Source: Thermoplasmata archaeon
Lineage (GTDB): Archaea; Thermoplasmatota; Thermoplasmata; Thermoplasmatales; Thermoplasmataceae
Reading direction: 5' to 3'
Length of the DNA: 64,000 bases
Assembly: GCA_021806295.1 (NCBI GenBank)
Contig: JAJZXS010000041.1
Location: forward strand, 1,406 to 65,405
The notes beneath the pieces are model-generated. The model worked only from the letters and a program-made list of their open reading frames with translations, was not told the DNA's origin and did not search any database. Position numbers and translations under genes: made by a program. Shown here one piece after another: positions 29,988-40,060 of the stretch. Every line of letters begins with the position of its first letter. The stretch's first letter is position 1.

Positions 29988-31127
29988 TTGAAGGACGAAT
30001 ATTTGATGATCCAGCAAAGTGCAAGGGAGTTTGCAAAAAGGGAAATTATGCCTGTTGCAGCCAGAATGGACCGGGAAAATTTCTTCCCTGTTGACCTGTT
30101 CAGGAAAATGGGCAGGGAAGGGTACCTCGGGGTTACGGTCCCGGAAGAGTACGGTGGATCAGGATCTGATTACCTTTCCCAGGCGATCATAGAGGAGGAA
30201 ATAAGCTATGCTTCCGGTTCATTGGGGCTTTCATATGGGGCCCACAGCAACCTGTGCCTGGACAACCTATACAGGAACGGTTCTGAATTTTTGCGGGAAA
30301 AATATGTCCCGCATCTCTGTTCCGGAGAAAATATAGGGTCACTGGGGATGACAGAGCCTTCATCAGGTTCAGATGCGCTGTCCATGAAAACCACGGCAGA
30401 GGAAGATTCTGGAAATTTTACCCTCAATGGAAGCAAAACATTCATCACCAATGCGCCATATGCAGATGTGTTTCTGGTTTACGCACGCACCGGTACTGAT
30501 ATTACCCCATTTGTTGTTGAATCAGGTGATGAAGGTTTTTCCAGGGGCCAGGAATTCGATAAAACCGGCATGCGCGGGTCACCGACCGGGACAATTTTCT
30601 TCAACAACGTTCGACTTGGGCATGAAAGGATTGTTGGTGACCTGAATGGCGGGAAGAAGGTTCTGCTCAGCGGGCTCAATCTTGAGCGGGCAGTTCTGGC
30701 ATTCAATTCCATAGGCATTGCAAAGCGGGCCCTGGATTTGGCTGTTTCCTATGCATCTGAAAGGAAGCAGTTCGGAAGGCCAATAAGTGATTTTGAGCTG
30801 GTCCAGGAAAAACTGGCATACATGTATACAAAATTTGAATCTTCAAGGCTTTTTGCAATAGAAGCACTCAACAGGGTACAGAATGACAGGATGGATTCGC
30901 TGGATGCAGCCTCAGCCATCCTGTATGCATCTGAGGCCTCTGAGTACATAGCAAGGGAGGCACTGCAGATTTTCGGTGGCTATGGATACATAAAGGATTT
31001 TGAAATCGAGAGAGTTTTCAGGGATTCCATACTTCTGACCATTGGTGCAGGAACAAACGAAATCAGGAAAAAGGTAATAAGCGAGGCATTGATAAAAAAA
31101 CACAGGGGTGGTACTATTGGAAAATAG
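29988..31127 (+). CDS. Acyl-CoA dehydrogenase
   Basis: I trimmed the tracked ORF (29874) to TTG 29988, which has AGGTG 5 nt upstream; ATG 30006 is an alternative. ACAD motifs present: GMTEPSSGSDA, FITNA, QIFGGYGY. Confidence 0.88.
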   Translation: MKDEYLMIQQSAREFAKREIMPVAARMDRENFFPVDLFRKMGREGYLGVTVPEEYGGSGSDYLSQAIIEEEISYASGSLGLSYGAHSNLCLDNLYRNGSEFLREKYVPHLCSGENIGSLGMTEPSSGSDALSMKTTAEEDSGNFTLNGSKTFITNAPYADVFLVYARTGTDITPFVVESGDEGFSRGQEFDKTGMRGSPTGTIFFNNVRLGHERIVGDLNGGKKVLLSGLNLERAVLAFNSIGIAKRALDLAVSYASERKQFGRPISDFELVQEKLAYMYTKFESSRLFAIEALNRVQNDRMDSLDAASAILYASEASEYIAREALQIFGGYGYIKDFEIERVFRDSILLTIGAGTNEIRKKVISEALIKKHRGGTIGK

Positions 31128-32376
31128 CCATGGAAACGTTTACATGATTGCAGGGGGCATGACACACTTCAAAAAGATAAATTTCAATGATGATTTCAGG
31201 CTGAATGTAAAGCATTCACTGGATTATGCGCTGAAGGATTCCGGCATGAAAATAGGCGATATAGAGGGCTCTGTATCCGCATACTTTTCTGACCATCTCC
31301 AGGGGCAGCTCATAGCAGGGGCTATGTCCAATGATTTTATCGGGCTTGCAGGAAAACCATCTAAGAGAATCGAGGGCGGGGGTGCAACAGGGGGGCTTGC
31401 CTTCCAGACAGCATACGAGGAAATAGCATCAGGCACCATGGATACCTGCCTTGCATATGGCTTTGAAAATATGTCCCATGTAGGCACATGGCGTGGAAAC
31501 GATATAATTGCCCTGGGGAGCGATGCCAGCTTTGATTATCCACTGGGAGGATTCTATACTGCATACTACGCACTTATGGCCACCAGGCACATGTATGAAT
31601 TCGGAACCACAGAAAAACAGATGGCAATGGTTTCTGTCAAGAATCATGGAAATGCTATGTACAATCCATATGCACAGGCACCCATGGACATTACAGTTGA
31701 TGATGTACTGAAATCTCCTGTTGTCTCAAGCCCCATAAAAATGCTGGACATATGCCTCATGTCAGATGGTGCCGCATGTGCAATCCTGGCATCTGAAGAA
31801 GTTGCCAAATCCTATTCCGGAAAGCCCGTGCTGATAAAATCTATAGGGTCTTCCAGCGATACAATGCGCCTGGCGGACAGGCCCTTCGGCACGGTACCAC
31901 TCCTGCCCAATGAGAACCCTGAAATGTACAGGAACCTGAAATACCCCGGGGTTCACTCATTCCGTGCTGGCAGGCTTGCAGCAAAGATGGCATACAGGAA
32001 GGCGGGGATATCGAATCCCCAGAAAGAAATAGATTTTGCGGAGTTATATGATGCGTATACATCAGCGGAAATACAGGCATACGAGGACATGGGATTCTGT
32101 CAATACGGGCAGGGTGGAAAATTCATAGAGGATGGCAGGTCAATGCTGGACGGGGATATACCTGTCAACATGGAAGGCGGCCTCCAGGCCTCTGGCCATG
32201 CAATAGGCGCCACAGGAATAATGCAGGCTGTTTACGCATTCTGGCAGCTTCAGGGTACAGTCCATAAGCACCTGGGCAGTAACAGGCTTCAGGTTAAAAA
32301 CCCGCATATGGGGATTATACACAGCCATGCTGGAACAGGCGCATATGAGGCAGTAACAGTTATGGAGGCGGTTTAA
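31108..32376 (+). CDS. Thiolase-superfamily acetyl-CoA C-acyltransferase (archaeal/SCP-x type)
   Basis: 422 aa. Gly-rich thiolase-type segments are present (e.g. NMEGGLQASGHAIGATG), and the gene is followed by its usual DUF35 partner. Start is GTG 31108 or ATG 31144. Confidence 0.8.
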   Translation: MVLLENSHGNVYMIAGGMTHFKKINFNDDFRLNVKHSLDYALKDSGMKIGDIEGSVSAYFSDHLQGQLIAGAMSNDFIGLAGKPSKRIEGGGATGGLAFQTAYEEIASGTMDTCLAYGFENMSHVGTWRGNDIIALGSDASFDYPLGGFYTAYYALMATRHMYEFGTTEKQMAMVSVKNHGNAMYNPYAQAPMDITVDDVLKSPVVSSPIKMLDICLMSDGAACAILASEEVAKSYSGKPVLIKSIGSSSDTMRLADRPFGTVPLLPNENPEMYRNLKYPGVHSFRAGRLAAKMAYRKAGISNPQKEIDFAELYDAYTSAEIQAYEDMGFCQYGQGGKFIEDGRSMLDGDIPVNMEGGLQASGHAIGATGIMQAVYAFWQLQGTVHKHLGSNRLQVKNPHMGIIHSHAGTGAYEAVTVMEAV

Positions 32377-32826
32377 ATGGGATACGGAAAATTGCTAAAA
32401 ATAGACCCCCTGGTCGTTGAATGGAACTATACAACTGAATACAGGCACAGCTATGCAGAAGATTCCCCCTTTTTCATGGAACTTGGCAGGGGGAGGCTCC
32501 TGGGGTCCAGATGTAAATCCTGTGGATTCAAATATGGGACATACAGGAAATACTGCATGTACTGCGGATCAGAGACTGAGGATATGGACCTTCCGCTTCA
32601 AGGCAAGGTGCACTCATTCACAACGTGCTATTATTCAGGGGAAACTTTCCGGGGCGATGTTCCGTACACACTTGTTCTGGTGGAGTTCCCCGGGATTGAC
32701 TCGCTTTTCATGTCAAGGCTTTTCATGAATCATGGAGAAAAACCAAAAATCGGAATGGATGTGGTTGCACAGTTCAAAAAATTCCAGACTTTTACGGTTA
32801 ATGATGTTTATTTTGTTCCGGCTTAA
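32377..32826 (+). CDS. DUF35 OB-fold/zinc-ribbon acyl-CoA-associated protein
   Basis: 149 aa. CKSCGF...CMYCGS rubredoxin-like ribbon followed by an OB-like C-terminus. It starts one base after the thiolase stop. Confidence 0.8.
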   Translation: MGYGKLLKIDPLVVEWNYTTEYRHSYAEDSPFFMELGRGRLLGSRCKSCGFKYGTYRKYCMYCGSETEDMDLPLQGKVHSFTTCYYSGETFRGDVPYTLVLVEFPGIDSLFMSRLFMNHGEKPKIGMDVVAQFKKFQTFTVNDVYFVPA

Positions 32827-34064
32827 TCTATTTCATTAGCCTTTTTTGATATTTTTTCGGTATGTTGTTTATCCCTGTATGCTATGGTAAAGAAAAAGCC
32901 CAGTATACATGTTACTGAAAGGAATATCAACCCTATGTCTATTCCTGCCAGCCTGAAGAGGGAGAATGCCAGTATGCCTATCAGGCCTCCGAACCTTCCC
33001 GCCATTTCATTGAAACCCTGCCCGGAAGCCCTTATGGATTCATCATAATTTTCCACAGGCATTATCACTGTTGTTTTGTCCGGACCCATGGAACCAAAAA
33101 AGAATGCAAGTCCAAGAAGTATAATTATTTCAATGCCGGGCATTCTCAGTGCAAAGTATATGCCGAATCCCAGTATGCCCAGGAATACAGATCTTATGAT
33201 AAACCCGGCCGCCTGCAATTTTCTTGTTCCCAGCCTCTGTATAATCAGGAACGCCAGAATTGAGGCCGGTATGGTAAAGACCTTTACTATCACAGCAGAA
33301 AAGGCACCACTGACTGAAGAGATTCCCAGTGCTGTAATCAGTATAAATGGAAGAAACATCGTCAGGCTCTGGTCTCCTATCTGATACAGGAACCATGGAA
33401 CCGAAAACCTGTAAAGATATTTTCTGTTTTCCCTGGATGTAACATCTTTTATTATGGTCTTCATAGATTTTATTCTCTTGAATTTCCATAGTGATGATTC
33501 CTTAAGCCCTGCCCTCATGATCAGGGTAACTATGGAAAATAAAGCACCGGACAATAATGCATACCTCCATCCGGCAGAACCCATAGTTAAAAGAGAGCCC
33601 CCTATTAGGTAAGAGAAAAGGATTCCGAAATTGGCAAAAAACATTATAAGCGCCAGATTCCTTGTGGAATTCCTTCCAGCAACGATTTCAGAAATATATG
33701 TGAATATAACGACATAATCAATGCCAACGCCAACCCCAACAAGCGTCCGGAAAAACATTAGCATTGCAATGTTTGTTGATAAGGCGCTCCCTATTCCCGC
33801 CAGAAGAAATGTTATAATATCTATGGCAAGGATGCTTACCCTGCCGAATCTGTCAGAAAATACCCCGCTGACCACTGCACCAATCATAGCACCGACAAAG
33901 ATAAGGGCACCCAGCAGGTAAACTATGGCTGAACCAACATCGAATGCTCTTTCTATGGGCTTCAGGGCAACTGAAATTATGGCTATATTATAACTTGCCA
34001 CAAATATGCTGATAGCACCTATTGAAATATAATATGCATTGCTAAGTTTTTTCTGGGTCTTCAC
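32823..34064 (-). CDS. MFS transporter
   Basis: 413 aa, about 12 TM, with GVFSDRFGR motif A. Confidence 0.75.
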   Translation of the reverse strand: MKTQKKLSNAYYISIGAISIFVASYNIAIISVALKPIERAFDVGSAIVYLLGALIFVGAMIGAVVSGVFSDRFGRVSILAIDIITFLLAGIGSALSTNIAMLMFFRTLVGVGVGIDYVVIFTYISEIVAGRNSTRNLALIMFFANFGILFSYLIGGSLLTMGSAGWRYALLSGALFSIVTLIMRAGLKESSLWKFKRIKSMKTIIKDVTSRENRKYLYRFSVPWFLYQIGDQSLTMFLPFILITALGISSVSGAFSAVIVKVFTIPASILAFLIIQRLGTRKLQAAGFIIRSVFLGILGFGIYFALRMPGIEIIILLGLAFFFGSMGPDKTTVIMPVENYDESIRASGQGFNEMAGRFGGLIGILAFSLFRLAGIDIGLIFLSVTCILGFFFTIAYRDKQHTEKISKKANEID

Positions 34065-34118
34065 TCATGATAATTAGGCATACCTAAATAAACTTTAAGT
34101 AGGAAACCATGTAAAAAT

Positions 34119-35747
34119 CTATGAAAGGCCGGTGACGCGCCCTTCACTATCAATGTCTATATTTTCTGCTGCAGGATGCTTTGGAAGCCCTGGCATGGTC
34201 ATAATGCTCCCCAGCACCGGAATAATGAAACGTGATCCTCCATTAACCATAACAGAATTCACCTTTACCCTGAAATTCCCTGGTGAATTCAGGAGTCCTG
34301 GATTATCAGAAATTGAAGCCTGTGTTTTTGCCATGCATATATAGAATCCTCCGAAACCATTTTCCTCTGCGTGTTTTATATCCAGCAATGCCTCCTTTGA
34401 AAAATCAACACCCTCAGCACCGTACACCTTTGTTGCTATTTTTTCTATTTTTGTTTTAACAGGGTCATCAAGCAAGTATGCATACTTTATCCTGCTGGTA
34501 TTTATGGAATCAAGCACGGCATTTGCCAGGTCTATCCCTCCTGCACCGCCATCAGAATATACCCTGGAAATTGCAAATTTTATATGTTTGTTTTCAAGCA
34601 TTTCAGATACTTTCTCTATCTCATTATTGGTATCCAGAGGATGGACGTTCAGGGCTATAACTGGATCTATCCCGAAGTTTCTAACATTTTCAACATGCCT
34701 GAACAGGTTTTGTATTCCGGTTACCATTGCCGGTATATTCTCCACATCTATATTCTTTGCACCGCCGTGATGCTTCATTGCCCTTATTGTGGCAACAATT
34801 ACTACTGCATCAACATTTATGCCAGCTTCTCTGGTAACTATGTCCATGAACTTTTCGAAACCCAGATCAGAACCGAATCCTGCTTCGGTAACTGTGTAAT
34901 CAAAAAGATTCATTGCAGCATAATCCCCCAGTATGCTTGATGTGCCATGGGCTATATTGCCGAATGGCCCTGTATGTATAATTGCCGGAACGTTTTCCGC
35001 ACTCTGCACCATATTGGGCTTCAGAGCGTCAGCAAGCAATGCTGCCATGGCCCCCTCTGCTTTTATATCCCTGGCAAAAACAGGCCTGTTCTTTGCTGTA
35101 TACCCTATAATTATATTTCCCAGCCTTTCTTTTAAATCATCATAGCCCTTTGACAATGCCATTATGGCCATTATTTCTGATGCCGCTGTTATCACAAAGG
35201 AATCATTTGCCAGAACCCCGTTGGACTTCGGTCCGTTTCCCACAATAATTGATCTGAGTGAACGGTCATCCATGTCTACGGTCCTGGGAAATGAGATTTT
35301 CTTTGGGTCTATTCCGGATTCATTTCCAAAATATATATGATTATTTATCATGGCTGAGAGCAAATTATGTGCTGCTGATATTGCCGGAAAATCTCCAGTA
35401 AAAATAAGATTAATTTTATCTGATGGCTCTACAGTGGATTTACCACCACCGGTTGCACCTCCCTTTACACCAAAGCATGGACCAAGCGATGGTTCTCTTA
35501 TTGCAATTCCCACGCTTTTTCCCAGGTGTTTCAGTGCCTGTGCAAGGCCTATTGCAGTTGTGGTTTTCCCCTCTCCTGCAGGTGTCGGGGTCATTGCTGT
35601 CATTAATATAATTTTCCCACGCTTTTTCCCAGGAACTGCATTTGAAATTCCGAGCTTGGCTGCGTATCTGCCATATAATTCAAAATCAGTTATTCCTGTA
35701 TCTTTTATAATATCTGTTATATCTTTCAGCATAACTGCAACATACAT
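34119..35747 (-). CDS. fhs: Formate--tetrahydrofolate ligase
   Basis: PTPAGEGKTTTAIGL P-loop. 542 aa, with a full-length family pattern. Confidence 0.95.
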   Translation of the reverse strand: MYVAVMLKDITDIIKDTGITDFELYGRYAAKLGISNAVPGKKRGKIILMTAMTPTPAGEGKTTTAIGLAQALKHLGKSVGIAIREPSLGPCFGVKGGATGGGKSTVEPSDKINLIFTGDFPAISAAHNLLSAMINNHIYFGNESGIDPKKISFPRTVDMDDRSLRSIIVGNGPKSNGVLANDSFVITAASEIMAIMALSKGYDDLKERLGNIIIGYTAKNRPVFARDIKAEGAMAALLADALKPNMVQSAENVPAIIHTGPFGNIAHGTSSILGDYAAMNLFDYTVTEAGFGSDLGFEKFMDIVTREAGINVDAVVIVATIRAMKHHGGAKNIDVENIPAMVTGIQNLFRHVENVRNFGIDPVIALNVHPLDTNNEIEKVSEMLENKHIKFAISRVYSDGGAGGIDLANAVLDSINTSRIKYAYLLDDPVKTKIEKIATKVYGAEGVDFSKEALLDIKHAEENGFGGFYICMAKTQASISDNPGLLNSPGNFRVKVNSVMVNGGSRFIIPVLGSIMTMPGLPKHPAAENIDIDSEGRVTGLS

Positions 35748-35774
35748 TATTGATAGTAAAGATTTTTGTTCCGG

Positions 35775-36371
35775 CTATAATCCTCTTTCAATCTCCCGGA
35801 TAGAGTTCATAGAATCCTCAACTGTTTCCATGAAAAGATTCAGCTTTACCATTTCCTCATATCTGTAATCTTCATCTTTCTGGAGTTTCAAGTTAATCTT
35901 TATATTGTTCACAGATGTGTGTATGGCAGTATATGACATATATGCGGCAGAAATACTGTCAGTGATAAGGTTTTTATTACCGTGAACACATAGAAATAAT
36001 GCATTATTTAGATTTTCCATGGATATCCCTGCTATTTTCCATGATACAGATATACTTTTCTTAATCGCTGTGTCAAGAGCATTTCTCCTCTTCGGATCGG
36101 ATTTATCAATATGCAGTGCATCCATTATGCCCTGAAATGAATCCTCATCATCATTACTCAGCTTCCTGAGCTTTTCTATTATCTCTCCTGAATCTCCTGA
36201 AATATTCTCAAAATTCTTCCTGTGCATTTCCAGTTTTTTTTTGCCAATGGATAAAAGGGATGCCATTGAATTTAGAGATGTGGAAAACATCGATGTAATT
36301 GCAGCAGCAGACCCGCCACCCGGTGTCGCAGATTCATTTTTCAGTTTTGATATATATTCATCAAGGTCCAT
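35775..36371 (-). CDS. Cyclodeaminase/cyclohydrolase domain protein (FTCD C-terminal type)
   Basis: SATPGGGSAAAITSMFSTSLNSM is the FTCD_C signature. Co-directional with fhs. Confidence 0.8.
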   Translation of the reverse strand: MDLDEYISKLKNESATPGGGSAAAITSMFSTSLNSMASLLSIGKKKLEMHRKNFENISGDSGEIIEKLRKLSNDDEDSFQGIMDALHIDKSDPKRRNALDTAIKKSISVSWKIAGISMENLNNALFLCVHGNKNLITDSISAAYMSYTAIHTSVNNIKINLKLQKDEDYRYEEMVKLNLFMETVEDSMNSIREIERGL

Positions 36372-36594
36372 GGCATGGTATTGTTGTGGCTTTCAAAAAC
36401 TTTCTTATTCTTTATAAATACACACCATTTTTCATATATACTATTTTCAATAAATACATATTTAATTTATTACCTATTTAGGTCATATATATTTATTCTA
36501 AATAGATCAAATATACCTTTACCGTGGTTAAAGACCGAGTAAAAAAAAGTTTTAAATTCTTTCATGTGTTTTTGTTATACACCCGTGATGTAAA

Positions 36595-38907
36595 ATGATA
36601 AATGTTTTAAATAATGTTATAAAGAGGGACGGCTCCAGCGTCCCGTTCGACAAGAAAAAGATAGCAATGGCAATATTCAAGGCTATGCTCTCAGTAAAAA
36701 CCGGATCAATGGAGGAGGCAAATAAGCTTGCAGATTATGTTACAAAGGAACTGGAAGGTATGGGAAAAGAGCCTACAGTTGAGACAATACAGGATACTGT
36801 AGAAAATGTACTGATGACACATAAAATCAATGGCACTTCATACATATCCGTGGCCAAGGCATATATACTTTACAGGGAAAAGAGGAATACAGTAAGGCAG
36901 GAGAAGGAATTTCTCGGTGTAAAAGATGACCTGAAACTTAGCGTAAATGCAGTCAAGGTGCTTGAGGCCAGGTACCTTTTCAAGGATTCAGATGGAAAGA
37001 TTATAGAAACCCCTAGGCAAATGTTTCACCGTGTGGCAGTGCATCTTGGGATCATACAGGGGCTCTATGATTATATATCATACAGGAAAACAGGGAAGCT
37101 CCCTGAAAATGGGACCGTATATTCCGGGATAACCAAAACCCAGGACGAAGAACTGAGAAGGGCATTCAATGAACTCAGGCAGGAGAAAAGCGTAGATGGC
37201 ACCTACGAGGAGTTCCTTGATTTCATGCAGACCAAAAAAACCATGGTAAACTACTGGATTGACAAATTTGAAACCATGATGACAAAACTTGAATATGTGC
37301 CAAACTCCCCTACCCTGATGAACGCTGGAGGGCCACTGGGGCAGCTCAGTGCATGCTTTGTGCTGCCGGTGGATGACAGCATAGATTCTATATTTGATAC
37401 GCTCAAGGCAACGGCAGAAATACATAAATCAGGTGGTGGGACCGGATTCTCTTTCACCAGACTGCGCGCCAGCGATGATATAGTGGCATCTACAAAGGGT
37501 GTGGCCTCCGGGCCTGTATCATTTATGAGGATATTTGACGTTACAACTGATGTAATAAAGCAGGGCGGAAAGAGAAGAGGGGCCAATATGGGAATTCTCA
37601 ATTATAACCATCCAAATATAATGGATTTCATAACAAGCAAGGATGCGGAGAACAAGATACTGAGCAACTTCAATATATCCGTTGGTGTAAATGATGAATT
37701 CTTCGAAAAACTGGACAACGATGATAATATTGACCTGATAAACCCGCGGGACGGAAAGGTAATGAACAGGGTAAAGGCATCGACCCTGTGGAATTCTATC
37801 ATAAACCATGCATGGACCACCGGTGATCCAGGAATGATATTCCTCGACGAAATCAACAAGAAAAATCCGGTAAAGAACATAGGATATATAGAATCAACAA
37901 ACCCGTGTGGCGAACAGCCGCTTTTGCCTTACGAATCATGTAACCTTGGCTCGATAAACCTGGCAAAATTTGTCGAGAATGGAACATTCAACTATGACAG
38001 ATACAGGGATACAATCGATGTTGCAACCAGATTCCTGGAAAACGTTGTTGACGCAAATAAATTCCCGGTTGAATCTATAAAGAATATGACCAGGAAGACA
38101 AGAAAAATAGGGCTCGGCATAATGGGATTCGCAGACGCACTCATAATGCTGGGCATACCGTATAACAGTAATGAGGCTCTGGAATTTGGTGAAAAGGTGA
38201 TGAAAACACTTAACGATGAATCACACCTTGAATCCCAGAGACTTGCAGGCGAAAGGGGTGTTTTCCCCGGATGGTATGGATCTGAATACGAGGAGAAGGG
38301 AATAAAGATGAGGAACTCAACCACAACAACAATAGCTCCCACTGGAACCATATCTATAATTGCTGGATGCTCATCCTCAATAGAGCCATTGTTTGCACTT
38401 GCTTTCGTCAGGCACGTACTGAATGGGCAGGAACTCCTGGAGGTCAATCCGCTACTGGAGGATGCACTGAAATCCAGAAACCTGTTTTCACAGGAAATCA
38501 TGGAAAAAATAGCAGAAACTGGCAAGCTTGGAAACCTGGACCTGCCTGAGGACATAAAAAAACTCTTCGTAACAGCCCAGGAAATCGATCCAGACTGGCA
38601 CGTTCTGATGCAGGCAACATTCCAGAAATACTGTGATTCCGGTGTTTCAAAGACAATAAACCTGCCATTCGAGGCAACACCGGATGATATTGCAAAATCA
38701 TACCGCCTTGCAAAGGAACTACACTGCAAGGGAATAACAGTATACAGGGATAGAAGCAAGAGCCAGCAGGTACTCTATGCAGGCACCGGACAGAAAAAGA
38801 GCGATGAGGAAAAAAAAATTGACCTCACCATGAAGATGCCTGATAAGCTTTTGAAGCTGGATGCCACATTTGATCCTGCGTGTCCGACAGGAAAATGTGA
38901 CCTGTAA
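36595..38907 (+). CDS. nrdJ: Class II (adenosylcobalamin-dependent) ribonucleotide reductase with N-terminal ATP-cone
   Basis: ATP-cone VIKRDGSSVPFDKKKI, active-site NPCGEQPL, and a C-terminal redox tail CPTGKC. 770 aa. Confidence 0.92.
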   Translation: MINVLNNVIKRDGSSVPFDKKKIAMAIFKAMLSVKTGSMEEANKLADYVTKELEGMGKEPTVETIQDTVENVLMTHKINGTSYISVAKAYILYREKRNTVRQEKEFLGVKDDLKLSVNAVKVLEARYLFKDSDGKIIETPRQMFHRVAVHLGIIQGLYDYISYRKTGKLPENGTVYSGITKTQDEELRRAFNELRQEKSVDGTYEEFLDFMQTKKTMVNYWIDKFETMMTKLEYVPNSPTLMNAGGPLGQLSACFVLPVDDSIDSIFDTLKATAEIHKSGGGTGFSFTRLRASDDIVASTKGVASGPVSFMRIFDVTTDVIKQGGKRRGANMGILNYNHPNIMDFITSKDAENKILSNFNISVGVNDEFFEKLDNDDNIDLINPRDGKVMNRVKASTLWNSIINHAWTTGDPGMIFLDEINKKNPVKNIGYIESTNPCGEQPLLPYESCNLGSINLAKFVENGTFNYDRYRDTIDVATRFLENVVDANKFPVESIKNMTRKTRKIGLGIMGFADALIMLGIPYNSNEALEFGEKVMKTLNDESHLESQRLAGERGVFPGWYGSEYEEKGIKMRNSTTTTIAPTGTISIIAGCSSSIEPLFALAFVRHVLNGQELLEVNPLLEDALKSRNLFSQEIMEKIAETGKLGNLDLPEDIKKLFVTAQEIDPDWHVLMQATFQKYCDSGVSKTINLPFEATPDDIAKSYRLAKELHCKGITVYRDRSKSQQVLYAGTGQKKSDEEKKIDLTMKMPDKLLKLDATFDPACPTGKCDL

Positions 38908-38959
38908 TTTTTATTGAAAAACACATAAAATATTTATTCTATATTATATTGTAATATAC

Positions 38960-39235
38960 ATGGCACTTAAATCTCAGGAAAGGGGAGACCTTGAAAATTT
39001 TATTGATGAGCTGAAGGATACCAGCAAGGAGGCATATAAATTATGGAATTTCAAAAACGAATCTGAGTTCGTGGCTTTTTTGAAGGGTTATATCTTCGGA
39101 AGTTTCACTATGGGAGTAATAGATAAAAACAAAACTATAAACAAGAATTTTATGTTGAAAGAAGAGGATATAGACGAAATAATAAAGATCATAGAAAGAA
39201 GATCCGGTGAATTCATAGAAACACTGGAAAAATGA
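38960..39235 (+). CDS. Hypothetical protein (91 aa, helical)
   Basis: A clean ORF in its own intergenic slot with no family recognised. Confidence 0.35.
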   Translation: MALKSQERGDLENFIDELKDTSKEAYKLWNFKNESEFVAFLKGYIFGSFTMGVIDKNKTINKNFMLKEEDIDEIIKIIERRSGEFIETLEK

Positions 39236-39328
39236 AATTCTTGGCAATCATCAGGGAGTAATTTTTCTATCTTACAGGTGTTATTTTCTTCATTGAAAAT
39301 ATTAAATAGAGTTTTAAGATAAACTTGT

Positions 39329-40060
39329 ATGGATATAGCAGTCCTTGTTAAGCAGACAGTAGATATGGATCAGATAAAATTAAATGATAATAATGAGCCA
39401 ATAATGGATAATCTGCCGTTAAAAATGGACATTCTCAGTAAAAATGCTGTGGAAGCAGCGGTACAGCTTAAAGAGAAGTACGGCGGCAAGGTCACGGCCT
39501 TTATATTCGGGACGGAGAGGTCAACATCTACTATGAAAGAGGCCTACGCCATGGGTGTGGATGAGGGCACAGTAATAAAGGGATACCAGAAATCCGATCC
39601 TGCCGTTACAGGTTCCGTTCTGGGAGACGAACTAAAAAAATCGAAATATGACATTATAATACTGGGCGATCAATCTTCAGATTCCTATTCTGGATTGCTG
39701 GCAGGTATATTGTCCTCTGAACTGGGCTTGAATGTTATCACTAACGCTATTAACATAGAAATAAAGGACAAGATAGCAAATGTTACGGTGGAATCAGAAA
39801 ACGAGGATATTACTGTTGAAACTGAACTGCCGGCAATAGTCTCTGTTGCCCAGGAAATAAATGAGGCGAGGCTTCCCAAGGTTATGCAAATAATGGCGGC
39901 TGGAAAGAAAAATATCAATATCATAGAAGGGAAACCCGATTATAAGGACGACTCACGGGTGCTATCGGATAAAGCACCAGAGAGCCAGAGAAAGAAAATC
40001 ATATATGAGGATGGAAAGGGAATAGATGAAGTTGCAAAAATTCTGAAGGTGGTCAAATGA
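39329..40060 (+). CDS. etfB: Electron transfer flavoprotein subunit beta
   Basis: MDIAVLVKQTVD N-terminus, 243 aa. ATGA overlap with etfA. Confidence 0.88.
   Translation: MDIAVLVKQTVDMDQIKLNDNNEPIMDNLPLKMDILSKNAVEAAVQLKEKYGGKVTAFIFGTERSTSTMKEAYAMGVDEGTVIKGYQKSDPAVTGSVLGDELKKSKYDIIILGDQSSDSYSGLLAGILSSELGLNVITNAINIEIKDKIANVTVESENEDITVETELPAIVSVAQEINEARLPKVMQIMAAGKKNINIIEGKPDYKDDSRVLSDKAPESQRKKIIYEDGKGIDEVAKILKVVK

Noticed and set aside
35350-35868. 172-aa + strand ORF across the fhs 5' region
   Set aside because: It is antisense to formate-THF ligase and extends into the next gene. It is a shadow ORF.
36372-36594. Cobalamin riboswitch upstream of the B12-dependent nrdJ
   Set aside because: I could not see a B12-box-like conserved core or GC-rich helices. 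The spacer is uniformly AT-rich, and riboswitches are rare in archaea. An Infernal scan would settle it.
37992-38759. 255-aa minus-strand ORF inside nrdJ
   Set aside because: It is antisense to a high-confidence class II RNR, is Ser-rich and low-complexity, and has no motifs.
36595-38907. Inteins in nrdJ (also checked rad50, thermosome, herA)
   Set aside because: Protein lengths are normal for the families, and no Cys/Ser...His-Asn splicing junctions or homing endonuclease blocks interrupt the conserved motifs.
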